A DNA stretch of 64,000 bases. Source: an uncultured virus (IMG/VR IMGVR_UViG_3300042387_001477) (lineage: Duplodnaviria; Heunggongvirae; Uroviricota; Caudoviricetes). Position numbers and translations under genes: made by a program. This document shows positions 30,751 to 39,813 of the stretch, one piece after another (the stretch's first letter is position 1; each line of letters opens with the position of its first letter). The DNA lies in the IMG/VR virus record IMGVR_UViG_3300042387_001477; one strand, written 5' to 3'. Below the pieces are notes generated by a model. It searched no databases and had not been told where the DNA came from. It saw nothing but the letters and a program-made list of their open reading frames with translations.

Positions 30751-32577
30751 TTAGTTTGAGTTTGAAAGACCTGTTAAAATATTTCTAGCACTTGGTAAAC
30801 TAGGAGAAGCACTTATATTTTCGGTTGAGAAATCAATCTTTGAGACAGAGGCAGTTCTTACAGTCGGTGAAGTCTGACCTCCTGCAAAATATCCAAAAAA
30901 CATAGATGATGTTCCACCCAATCTACTAACACCAACTGGTAAATTCTTTCCGGGATTACTTACTGTCTCATTGGAAAAATCAAGTCTAGAAATTGTATTA
31001 ATATATGGTGGTAAATACCCACCACCAAAGTATCCATAAGAATTATTTGAAACTGCTGTCATAGTTTGTAATGCTGATGATAAATTTTTCCCAGGATTAC
31101 TTACATTTTCATTGGAAAAATCAAGTCTTGATATTGTGGAGTGTCCACCACTAAAATATCCATATGAACTATTTGAGACTGTTACTGAATTTTGTAATGC
31201 TGATGATAAATTTTTCCCAGGATCACTTACAGTTTCATTGGAGAAATCAAGTCTTGTTATTGTGCAAATCTCTGTTCCTGGGGCAGCCCCACCACCAAAA
31301 TATCCATAAGAATTACTTGATGTTCCTGCGAAATTATATCTTGCTAAAGGTAAATCTTTTCCAGGATCACTTACAGTTTCATTGGAGAAATCAAGTCTTG
31401 ATATTGTATTGATAATTGATGGACTAGCTCCACCACCAAAGTATCCGTAAAAATTATTTGAAACTGCTGCGGTCCATCCCCTAACAGTTGGTAAATTTTT
31501 TCCAGGATTGCTAAAACCATCAGTTGAAAAATCAAGTCTTGAAATTGTATTAACAAATACTGGAAAGTATCCACCACCAAAGTACCCATAAGTTTTGGTC
31601 ATTTTAGTATAAGATTTACCTCCAGTAAGTCCAACCGCCGAAACAACTATCATAGGTAAATTTTTCCCTGGATTATTTAATGTTGTACTAGAAAAATCAA
31701 GTCTATTGATTACATTCGAGTCAAATCCAGGAGTTCCGCCACCTCCAAAATATCCATAAGTATTACTTGAAGTTCCTGCTATATGTCCCCGTACACCAGG
31801 CAAATTGTTTCCTGGGTCACTTACAGTTTCATTTGAGAAATCAAGTCTTGTAATATTACTTATGTATGGACCATTGAGATATCCACCACCAAAATATCCA
31901 AAATAATTGTTAAAAATTGGTCCAACATTACTTCTTCCTGAAGGTAAATTTTTTCCTGGACTACTTACAGTTTCGTTAGAAAAATCAAGCCTTGGTATAG
32001 TGTTAGTTAGCACAAATCCTGGATCAAATCCACCCGCAAGATAACCATATAAATCAGTAAAAACTGACCTTATATAGTGTCTTTCTGAAGGTATATTTTG
32101 TCCCGGGATACTAAAAGTTTCATTAGAAAAATCAAGTCTTCTGATGTTACTAGAGACAAATCCTGAATAATTGCCTCCAGCAAAATAACCATATGATTTA
32201 CCAGAAACTCCAGCTGCGTTTGTTCCTGCTGATGGTAAATTATTTCCAGGAAGACTTACATTTTCAGTCGAAAAATCAAGTCTTGTAATGGTGTTAGTGT
32301 TTATAAAATTTGGTGGTGTATCTCCACCACCAACATACCCATATGAATTATTGAAAACTCCCATTGCAAAACGCCTAGATCCTGAAGGTAAATATTTTCC
32401 TGGGTCACTTACAGTCTCATTGGAAAAATCAAGTCTTGCAAAAACAGTGCTAAGATTGGATCCCGAAGCATAGTAACCATAATTGCCAGACTCAGGCCAA
32501 CTTGCAAAATTATTACTTTTTACATTTTGGTATTGATTTTTATAAACTCTGTTAAGTCCAAAAACACCAGTTGCCAT
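30751..32577 (-). CDS. Kelch-like beta-propeller repeat protein A (12 repeats)
   Basis: Same repeat; N-terminal NNFASWPESG; C-terminal SNSN. Confidence 0.85.
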   Translation of the reverse strand: MATGVFGLNRVYKNQYQNVKSNNFASWPESGNYGYYASGSNLSTVFARLDFSNETVSDPGKYLPSGSRRFAMGVFNNSYGYVGGGDTPPNFINTNTITRLDFSTENVSLPGNNLPSAGTNAAGVSGKSYGYFAGGNYSGFVSSNIRRLDFSNETFSIPGQNIPSERHYIRSVFTDLYGYLAGGFDPGFVLTNTIPRLDFSNETVSSPGKNLPSGRSNVGPIFNNYFGYFGGGYLNGPYISNITRLDFSNETVSDPGNNLPGVRGHIAGTSSNTYGYFGGGGTPGFDSNVINRLDFSSTTLNNPGKNLPMIVVSAVGLTGGKSYTKMTKTYGYFGGGYFPVFVNTISRLDFSTDGFSNPGKNLPTVRGWTAAVSNNFYGYFGGGASPSIINTISRLDFSNETVSDPGKDLPLARYNFAGTSSNSYGYFGGGAAPGTEICTITRLDFSNETVSDPGKNLSSALQNSVTVSNSSYGYFSGGHSTISRLDFSNENVSNPGKNLSSALQTMTAVSNNSYGYFGGGYLPPYINTISRLDFSNETVSNPGKNLPVGVSRLGGTSSMFFGYFAGGQTSPTVRTASVSKIDFSTENISASPSLPSARNILTGLSNSN

Positions 32578-32581
32578 TTAA

Positions 32582-33241
32582 TTATCCTTCTTGATAAACG
32601 TGAGACCCAACGTGGGCGAGTCTAATATTACTATTTAACCAGACAGTGTATCCAACACTTTTTGCTCTTTCAAAAAATGAAAAATCTTCAGGAAGATATG
32701 CCATATCTTTTTTAAGTTCTAGAAAGTAATGATATGAATTATTATATTCTTTTTCAGTTGGTGGGAAAGTAGAATTATTAGTTGGTGGATAGTATTTTAA
32801 TTCTTCACCATATTTTTGAGAAATATCCTCAAAAATTTTTCTTTTAATCATAGCAAAACCAAACCCAATATTTTCAATTTGTATTAATTCTCCTTCAATT
32901 ATTTCTGGTTTTGTAATATTATAATTATATCTAAGTGGAATTCCTTTCATAGGATAAGCTCCACATATAATATCTTTATCGTACTTTAAAAGATTAAATA
33001 CATCTTCCGCAGTAAATCCAACATCAGCATCAATAAATAAAATTCTTTCATATTCTGTATTATTCATAAAAAAATTAACCATCTTAGATCTTGCTTGAGT
33101 AACAAGACTTTCATTTGCCATTGTAAGTAAACCATGGTCAATGTTTGCGGTTCTCAGTTCTTTCCCCAGATTAAATAATCCTTTTGCTGTTTTATCACTG
33201 ACAAGTCCACCATAACAAGGCATAGCAATTAAAAGAGACAT
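32582..33241 (-). CDS. GT-A fold (GT2-like) glycosyltransferase
   Basis: IAMPCYGG, SLVTQAR, LFIDAD (DxD), GFGFAMIKR, EDFSF, HVG. Confidence 0.8.
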   Translation of the reverse strand: MSLLIAMPCYGGLVSDKTAKGLFNLGKELRTANIDHGLLTMANESLVTQARSKMVNFFMNNTEYERILFIDADVGFTAEDVFNLLKYDKDIICGAYPMKGIPLRYNYNITKPEIIEGELIQIENIGFGFAMIKRKIFEDISQKYGEELKYYPPTNNSTFPPTEKEYNNSYHYFLELKKDMAYLPEDFSFFERAKSVGYTVWLNSNIRLAHVGSHVYQEG

Positions 33242-33257
33242 ACAAATAATTTAAAAC

Positions 33258-36200
33258 TCATACTATATATTTGCCTGATAATGTGACTGCCAATGCGCTT
33301 GCTAAAGATGCTGATGCGACTATAGAATCATTTGTTGCAAGATATTTTGGTTTTACTAATAGTTCAATTACACTATTTTTTGGAATTGTAATATTAAAAG
33401 CTAAGTATCCTAATCTTACTCCAGATGCCAAAGTGCCACGATAGATAGAAACAGATGCATCAATATCAGTATTTAAACTATAGTTGCAAAGTTTAATTGA
33501 TTGCAACATTGCATTCCCTGTTGTTGCCTGGAAAATTTGAGTTCCCGTTGCAGTTGATACTATACCTCCAGTTCCAATATAAGTAGTGTCACTTTTTTCT
33601 GAAATGATAATAAATGCATCCAAACCCCCATCAATACCTACTGCAGTTGGCGAAGCATTAGAAAGTGCTTGAAATCTTATAGTATCTGATGGACTTGCGA
33701 TAATTGGTTGATCTAAAAATTCCATCGCACCTTGATATGGAACAATCACTCGTTGGGCCAATGGAACATTTGATCCACCATTAAAGTCATGTCTTGCTAC
33801 AAAATATAATTCATTAGTAAATGTATTGGTAACATGTATAGATTCGATTACATATTTTTTACCGGCAGTCGATGGAAATGTATATGCAATACCTGGACCA
33901 GTAGTAATATCATTCAAAGATGCTACAGTTGTGCCAATTCCAGAAGTAACAGAAACAAAAACTGATGATGTAATTGAATTGTTATAACCTCCAAATCCAC
34001 TTGCACCACCACCACCAGCGGTAGCCCAAGATAAAGTTCCAGATCCATTGGTAACTAATGCCTGCCCAGCAGTGCCATCTGCATTCGGAAGAAACCAAAT
34101 TGTGTTTGTAGTTATGTTTGCTGGAGCTTCAAATCCAACATAATTGGTTCCATTTCCAGAAGCTTCTAAAAATCTAAGTTCAGCTTGATTATTTAAATTT
34201 ACTAGGGTAGTAAATGATGGTGAATCTGCTCTTACTTCATTTCCTGTTCCAGTACTTGTAGGATTGGTCCCTGCTGTTACTCTACCTTTAGCATCTACTG
34301 TAACTGATGTGTATGTCCCAGATGTGACTCCAGAGTTGGATAATGTAGTAGCAAATGATCCAGTACCAGTCCCAGTTACATCGCCAGTTAATGTTATAGT
34401 TTGATCTCCTGTATTACTTCCTGAAACAGTAGCATCTGCAGAAACAGTTAAGTTTCCAGAAAGGGAGATAGTTCTATTTGCATCATTAACATTGACACTC
34501 AATGATCTAGTAGCCGTTAAATTAGCACTATTTGTTATTTGTAGATAATGACTTGGCGTTGAATCATCATACAAGAAAATATCACCAAAATAACCAGATT
34601 GAGTTGATGTATTGCTACTAGTTAGAAAATCTACTCCACCAAAAGTATTCCAAGATAAATTTCCAGCTCCATCAGTAATTAAAGCTTGGCCATTAGTACC
34701 ATCTACATTTGGAAGAACCCAAATTCTATTTGTAGTTATATTTGCCGGTGCCTTAAGTCCTACATAATTGGTTCCATTAGTGGTATCTTCTAAAAATCTA
34801 AGTTCAGCTTGATTATTTAAATTTACTAGAGTGGTAAATGATGGTGAATCAGTAAGTGCTATCGATGGATTTGACCCTGCTGTTACTCTACCTTTAGCAT
34901 CTACTGTAACTGATGTATATGTTCCGGCACTTACTCCAGAGTTGGATAATGTAGTAGCAAATGATCCAGTACCAGTACCAGTTACATCACCAGTTAGTTC
35001 TATAGTTTGATCTCCTGTGTTACTTCCTGAAACAGTAGCATTAGAACTAATGGTTAAATTACCACTTAATGATATAGTTCTATCTGCATCATTAACATTA
35101 ACACTTAATGTCCTTTCTGCCGTTAAATTAGCACTATTTGTTATTTGTAGATAATGACTTGGCGTTGAATCATCATACAAGAAAATATCACCAAAATAAC
35201 CAGATTGGGTAGATGTGGAAGAAGTAGTTAATGCATCTATTATACCATAGCCACCTAAAGTTGTTGGATTAGTCCCGGCGGTTACTCTACCTTTAGTGTC
35301 TACTGTAACTGATGTATATGTTCCAGCAGTTACTCCAGAACTTGCTAAAGTTGAAGTAACACTTATATTACCAGATCCATCAATATCAGTAGCAGTTCCA
35401 GATACATCTCCACTTAATGTTAATGTGCGTTTTGTACTCCATTTAGTGGCAGTATCTGCGTTTCCTACTAATGCACCACGAAAATTAGTTGCTTGAATGT
35501 CTCCAAGAGTACCACTAAAAACTTCACTTGAATTGGTTGCATCTGGAATATATGTCAGATATCCTGTACTATCATCAAATCCAAAAAAACCAATTTTTGC
35601 ATTTGATCCGTCATGCCATCTAAACTCTATTCCACGATCTTTTGAATCATCAGTTGTTGGAGCAGTATCTCCTCCTAATGTAATAATTGGATCATCAATT
35701 GTAGTTACAGTTGAATTAATAACTGTTGAAGTTCCATTGACTGTTAATGTTCCAGCAACCGTTAAATTATTAAATGATACATTATCAGTTGTACCTACAC
35801 TTTGTCCGATTGATATTGTAGGAGTTCCTCCCTCAGTTGCCGTACCATTAGTAAGAGTAACTCCAGTGCCAGCAACTAAATTTGCTACGTAATTTCCAGT
35901 TGTATCAGTACCTAGAGTAAAATTTGGAATCCAGTTTTCCCATCTAGTATTTGAGTTATTATATCTCAATAATTGATTATTGGATGGAGATGAAATAACA
36001 ACATCTGTTAAATTATCTAATGATAAATCTGAAAGAGTTACAGTTGCAGTTGATCCAGATGAAGTTGCAGTTATATAATTTCCAACAAATTTAATTTCTG
36101 TAGTGCCATACAAATTTCCTAATAATGTATTTTCTTCATATACTGAAACTCCTCCTGGTGGTGCAGATATCCATTGTATTCCAGTGCCACTAGATGCTAA

Positions 36201-36371
36201 AATTTGACCAGAAGTTCCTACCTGGCCATCTTTATCTTTTAAAGATTTTTTTAGTTCTACAGAACCATCAAAAGTAGAGTTTCCAATAATATTGGCAACA
36301 TCAATGGAATCGGTATACCCAGAAATACCAACCTGTAACTTTTTAAGTCTATCTGAAAGATAATTTGCCAT
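33258..36371 (-). CDS. Tail fibre protein
   Basis: Gly/Ser/Thr-rich; repeated GTYTSVTVD.KGRVTAG, LP..DGT.GQ.L.T.G.G.LSW motifs; internal duplication of about 200 aa. Confidence 0.82.
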   Translation of the reverse strand: MANYLSDRLKKLQVGISGYTDSIDVANIIGNSTFDGSVELKKSLKDKDGQVGTSGQILASSGTGIQWISAPPGGVSVYEENTLLGNLYGTTEIKFVGNYITATSSGSTATVTLSDLSLDNLTDVVISSPSNNQLLRYNNSNTRWENWIPNFTLGTDTTGNYVANLVAGTGVTLTNGTATEGGTPTISIGQSVGTTDNVSFNNLTVAGTLTVNGTSTVINSTVTTIDDPIITLGGDTAPTTDDSKDRGIEFRWHDGSNAKIGFFGFDDSTGYLTYIPDATNSSEVFSGTLGDIQATNFRGALVGNADTATKWSTKRTLTLSGDVSGTATDIDGSGNISVTSTLASSGVTAGTYTSVTVDTKGRVTAGTNPTTLGGYGIIDALTTSSTSTQSGYFGDIFLYDDSTPSHYLQITNSANLTAERTLSVNVNDADRTISLSGNLTISSNATVSGSNTGDQTIELTGDVTGTGTGSFATTLSNSGVSAGTYTSVTVDAKGRVTAGSNPSIALTDSPSFTTLVNLNNQAELRFLEDTTNGTNYVGLKAPANITTNRIWVLPNVDGTNGQALITDGAGNLSWNTFGGVDFLTSSNTSTQSGYFGDIFLYDDSTPSHYLQITNSANLTATRSLSVNVNDANRTISLSGNLTVSADATVSGSNTGDQTITLTGDVTGTGTGSFATTLSNSGVTSGTYTSVTVDAKGRVTAGTNPTSTGTGNEVRADSPSFTTLVNLNNQAELRFLEASGNGTNYVGFEAPANITTNTIWFLPNADGTAGQALVTNGSGTLSWATAGGGGASGFGGYNNSITSSVFVSVTSGIGTTVASLNDITTGPGIAYTFPSTAGKKYVIESIHVTNTFTNELYFVARHDFNGGSNVPLAQRVIVPYQGAMEFLDQPIIASPSDTIRFQALSNASPTAVGIDGGLDAFIIISEKSDTTYIGTGGIVSTATGTQIFQATTGNAMLQSIKLCNYSLNTDIDASVSIYRGTLASGVRLGYLAFNITIPKNSVIELLVKPKYLATNDSIVASASLASALAVTLSGKYIV
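34025..35220. repeat. Tandem intragenic duplication (about 600 bp unit)
   Basis: 89 bp identical at 34513-34601 and 35119-35207, with duplicated flanking protein blocks. Confidence 0.9.
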
Positions 36372-36382
36372 TTTAAGTACTA

Positions 36383-36715
36383 CTAATTAATTGTTTCTAA
36401 AACAGATGCTACAAATTTCAAATTACTTCCATTACTACCAGACAAATATAATTTATCTCCAGATTCTAAGACTAATTTTCCTTGCAATAAATTAACGGTA
36501 TCTTTAAATGGAACTGGAAATGATTTAAATAATTCAGTATTTGTACTACCTCTAGTATAAATTAAAGTAACATCATATGATGTTGTTGTGCTAATATTTG
36601 CAACTTGTGCCAATAGAAGAACAGCCGAATATCCGGTAGGTGCAGTATATATTAAAGTAGAGCTAGTAGGAACTACTTCTGCTATAGTTTTAAATACATT
36701 ATTTTTTAATGCCAT
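36383..36715 (-). CDS. Small tail-fibre-associated beta-sandwich-like protein
   Basis: IYTAP...LLLAQVAN...KLVLESGD pattern; lies between two fibre genes. Confidence 0.72.
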   Translation of the reverse strand: MALKNNVFKTIAEVVPTSSTLIYTAPTGYSAVLLLAQVANISTTTSYDVTLIYTRGSTNTELFKSFPVPFKDTVNLLQGKLVLESGDKLYLSGSNGSNLKFVASVLETIN

Positions 36716-36721
36716 TGTTAA

Positions 36722-39700
36722 TTACGCTCCTAAAGCTAGAATGAATGGAGTTATTGATGAAAATAAACTCTTAGAGTAAGAATTTCCAGTTATTGTTCCG
36801 GTTAATTGATTTATTACAACTCCATCGCCTATTCTAAAGTTTCCGGATTGATCAGTAGATGTATATACTACTAATCCTCCATTTTTCATATCAACTTCAT
36901 TTTCTTGAATGCTTACCCCACCTTTAAACGGTAAACTAGTTTGAATATCAGTTCCAGATCCAATATATTCAAATGAATGCCCAGATGCTAATAATCTAGT
37001 CTGTTTATAAAATTCAATTGAATCATTTTGAGCAACACTAAATGGAATTGTATCAGTAAGAGTAATTTTATAATTATTTGAACTTAGTTGTTCTGTAGTA
37101 TCTATCACATAATATTGTGGGGCCATTTCAACTGAATATGTAACTCCAGAACCTCCACCCCCAGACAATGTTAATGTTGGGGGACTGGATGTGTATCCTC
37201 TACCAGATGAGATAACTTCGATAGATTTAATTTGGCCGTTTTGAATTTCAGCTATAGCTTGAGCACCAATTCCCCAAGAAGTTGCTGGACTAGATATTGT
37301 AATATTTGGTGCTGTTGTATAATTATTTCCACCATTCGTAATAGTAATTTTGTTAACTTGATAATATAAAGTATTATTAAAAGTAACTACTTGACCATCA
37401 TATGGCTTTACATTGTTAATTTTAACAGTTCCGCCAGATACATAAGTATGACTCAATGTAGAACTTCCAACATTTGCAGTTATTGAAGTAGATGTTACAG
37501 ATTTTACCGTAAATACATATCCATAATTTCCGGAAGGAAATACTTGATTACTGGATGATCCACCAGAAGTACAACTAAAAGTTAAATTTTCAATTTTTAC
37601 ATCCATTCCAACTTGAATTGAATGAGATCCAATTGTAACTGTAACTTCTCCAGTAGAATTATTATAAGATGCCCCGGTAACATTATATGTAGGAGTAGAA
37701 ATATCTACATTTATACTATCTGTTGTATTCGCAGAAATAGCAGAGGTTACACTTCCAGTATATTTTAAATCACTAACTCCATCAGCAATTAACCCATAAT
37801 TTCCAAATGATGAATTGGAATTAGTTAAATCACAACCGCCACCATTTCTACATTCAATAGCTTTATCTGTGCATATTGTAAACATAGATACCAATTGAGC
37901 ATATCCATCATTTTGTATTTTAGCACCAATTCCATTTTGATTAAATTGTGTATATGAATCTACGACCATACTCTTAAGTTGTCCGATGCAATTATCTCCA
38001 TCAATAAGTAATCCAGTGGACCCAGAAATAAAATTAGTACAATTTTGAATATATGGAGACTGATTAATATATGGAGGATCTGACGGATTAAATGAAAATA
38101 TTGCTCCGCTGTTTGATGTTGATGATGTAAATGACATATTGGATGCATATGATCCATTGTTTACATAAAATAAATTTCCAGAATTTTGAGGACTAACACT
38201 GACTTCTCTTAAAGAATCTCCAACTACACTAACTTGTGCTGGAATGATAACTGGATTATTTTCTATATAATTTCCAGCCGAAACTTTTACTACAGTTCCT
38301 GCAGATGCAACTGACAATGCAGATTTTATTGTAGCTTTAGCATTCTGTAAACTAGTTCCAGAATTTGAATCATTACCATCTTTAGATACATATAAAACAT
38401 TTGTAACAGTTGGATATTTCCACTCTATATTTGTACCAGTAGATGATAAAAATTGTCCAGCACTACCTAAATTACCTAATCTATCTCTTAATCCACTAGA
38501 TAAAGTTAAATTGCCAGTAATAGTATGATTTGCAGTAATAGTTCTGTTTTCACTAACATGCACATATTGTAAATGATCATCATCACCAAGTCCACTGAGC
38601 AATCCATGGTCAGATACTGGAGTAGTTCCAGAAATCCCACCAGTGGAAGTAAGTTGTCTAATATCAAATACGGCAGCAATTCTTGCTTTTGGAGTATTAG
38701 CATATCCAGAATCTGTCTGCCAAATAATTTTCCAAATAGGTCTAAATTCTACAATTGGAAAATCACTTAAAGTTAAATCAGCAAATGTTAATTCTTCTTG
38801 ATCACTGATTAAACTTGATTGACTCTGCCCCATAATTGTAATTACAGGGTAATTGATATTGTTTGTCGCAATTATCCAAGATGTAGTATAATGAGTATTG
38901 GTAGCTACATCTGGAGTTGACCACGTTCCCCCACTCAATAAATTATACTTAATTCTTGATGTTCCTTGCTTTACAGCATAATCTGTAGGAGCATCCACCA
39001 CCCACGAATTTCCACTCTGATAAAAAACCGGAATTCGAGCTGGACCTTGCAAATCTTGTTGCCATGTATTTGCAGTCGGACTATTACTATGAGTAACTAT
39101 AACTTCTAAATCTTCATCAAAAAATGTACCACCGCTGAGATCAAACTGAGCATCTGAATTGTTTGCACCAGTTCCGGTGGTAATATAATTACTGATTGAA
39201 AATCCATTAGCAATTACTGCACCACGAGTTCTGTGTAGGTATTCGTGGGTTTGCCAATCTAAAACAATACCATGCCTTTCGTCTGCCACAAATGGCGCAG
39301 TTGCAGTAGTTGAATTCCAATAAACATACGCAGTTGGAGTATCATTCTCCCAATCAAAATATGAAGTTCTATATTGTAGAACTCCATCTGCATCAAAGTA
39401 AATAAAATATAGTCCAGTCGTATTTGGAATAGTTACTGTGCGAGCACTAGTTATATTATACTTTACTCCTTTACACCAAACATTGAATGAGGTAGAACTT
39501 GGTTGAATCGTGAAAACCCTAGTTCCACTGTCAAAAGAAATGGTACTTTGAGACTTATCTTCGTGTCCCATAGGCTCACTAGCCTTTAATGGGGCAGTTA
39601 CCTCTATAATTTTATCTGTGCCAGTTCCATCGCCCTTTCTAAGGAATAATTTGCCATCAGCAGTATTAACTGCCAATTCTCTTAGAGACAATTCTGAAAG

Positions 39701-39754
39701 TGTAGGTTCTTTTCCAGATTGAGAGCTAGATTTAAGCCTAATATTTGTAGCCAT
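36722..39754 (-). CDS. Tail fibre/spike-like structural protein with probable beta-helix region
   Basis: N-terminal K.P....L...ELAVNTADGKLF; VLYVSKDGNDSN; SPYIQNCT...SMVVD...TNSNSSFG; ASGHSFEYIG. Confidence 0.8.
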   Translation of the reverse strand: MATNIRLKSSSQSGKEPTLSELSLRELAVNTADGKLFLRKGDGTGTDKIIEVTAPLKASEPMGHEDKSQSTISFDSGTRVFTIQPSSTSFNVWCKGVKYNITSARTVTIPNTTGLYFIYFDADGVLQYRTSYFDWENDTPTAYVYWNSTTATAPFVADERHGIVLDWQTHEYLHRTRGAVIANGFSISNYITTGTGANNSDAQFDLSGGTFFDEDLEVIVTHSNSPTANTWQQDLQGPARIPVFYQSGNSWVVDAPTDYAVKQGTSRIKYNLLSGGTWSTPDVATNTHYTTSWIIATNNINYPVITIMGQSQSSLISDQEELTFADLTLSDFPIVEFRPIWKIIWQTDSGYANTPKARIAAVFDIRQLTSTGGISGTTPVSDHGLLSGLGDDDHLQYVHVSENRTITANHTITGNLTLSSGLRDRLGNLGSAGQFLSSTGTNIEWKYPTVTNVLYVSKDGNDSNSGTSLQNAKATIKSALSVASAGTVVKVSAGNYIENNPVIIPAQVSVVGDSLREVSVSPQNSGNLFYVNNGSYASNMSFTSSTSNSGAIFSFNPSDPPYINQSPYIQNCTNFISGSTGLLIDGDNCIGQLKSMVVDSYTQFNQNGIGAKIQNDGYAQLVSMFTICTDKAIECRNGGGCDLTNSNSSFGNYGLIADGVSDLKYTGSVTSAISANTTDSINVDISTPTYNVTGASYNNSTGEVTVTIGSHSIQVGMDVKIENLTFSCTSGGSSSNQVFPSGNYGYVFTVKSVTSTSITANVGSSTLSHTYVSGGTVKINNVKPYDGQVVTFNNTLYYQVNKITITNGGNNYTTAPNITISSPATSWGIGAQAIAEIQNGQIKSIEVISSGRGYTSSPPTLTLSGGGGSGVTYSVEMAPQYYVIDTTEQLSSNNYKITLTDTIPFSVAQNDSIEFYKQTRLLASGHSFEYIGSGTDIQTSLPFKGGVSIQENEVDMKNGGLVVYTSTDQSGNFRIGDGVVINQLTGTITGNSYSKSLFSSITPFILALGA

Positions 39755-39783
39755 ATGGCAAGTCCTGTCGGTATTTACCTATT

Positions 39784-39809
39784 AGAAAAGAGGGATATAT
39801 ATCCCTCTT
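39784..39809 (-). terminator. Palindromic hairpin, probable terminator
   Basis: Perfect 22-bp palindrome AAGAGGGATATATATCCCTCTT (39788-39809) with a short T run on the minus strand. Confidence 0.6.
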
Positions 39810-39813
39810 CTAT

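Noticed and set aside
23606..32577. CRISPR-like array (constant repeat with variable spacer, about 141-nt period)
   Set aside because: The repeats lie in frame within long ORFs, are degenerate at codon third positions, and no cas genes are present
22343..33241. DNA hypermodification cluster (2OG oxygenase plus glycosyltransferases)
   Set aside because: Not excluded, but disfavoured: the oxygenases do not look TET/JBP-like, no nucleotide hydroxymethylase or kinase is in the cluster, and the context is late and structural
23606..36371. Diversity-generating retroelement acting on the propellers or fibres
   Set aside because: No reverse transcriptase and no non-coding template repeat in the window; differences between copies are not adenine-specific and include indels
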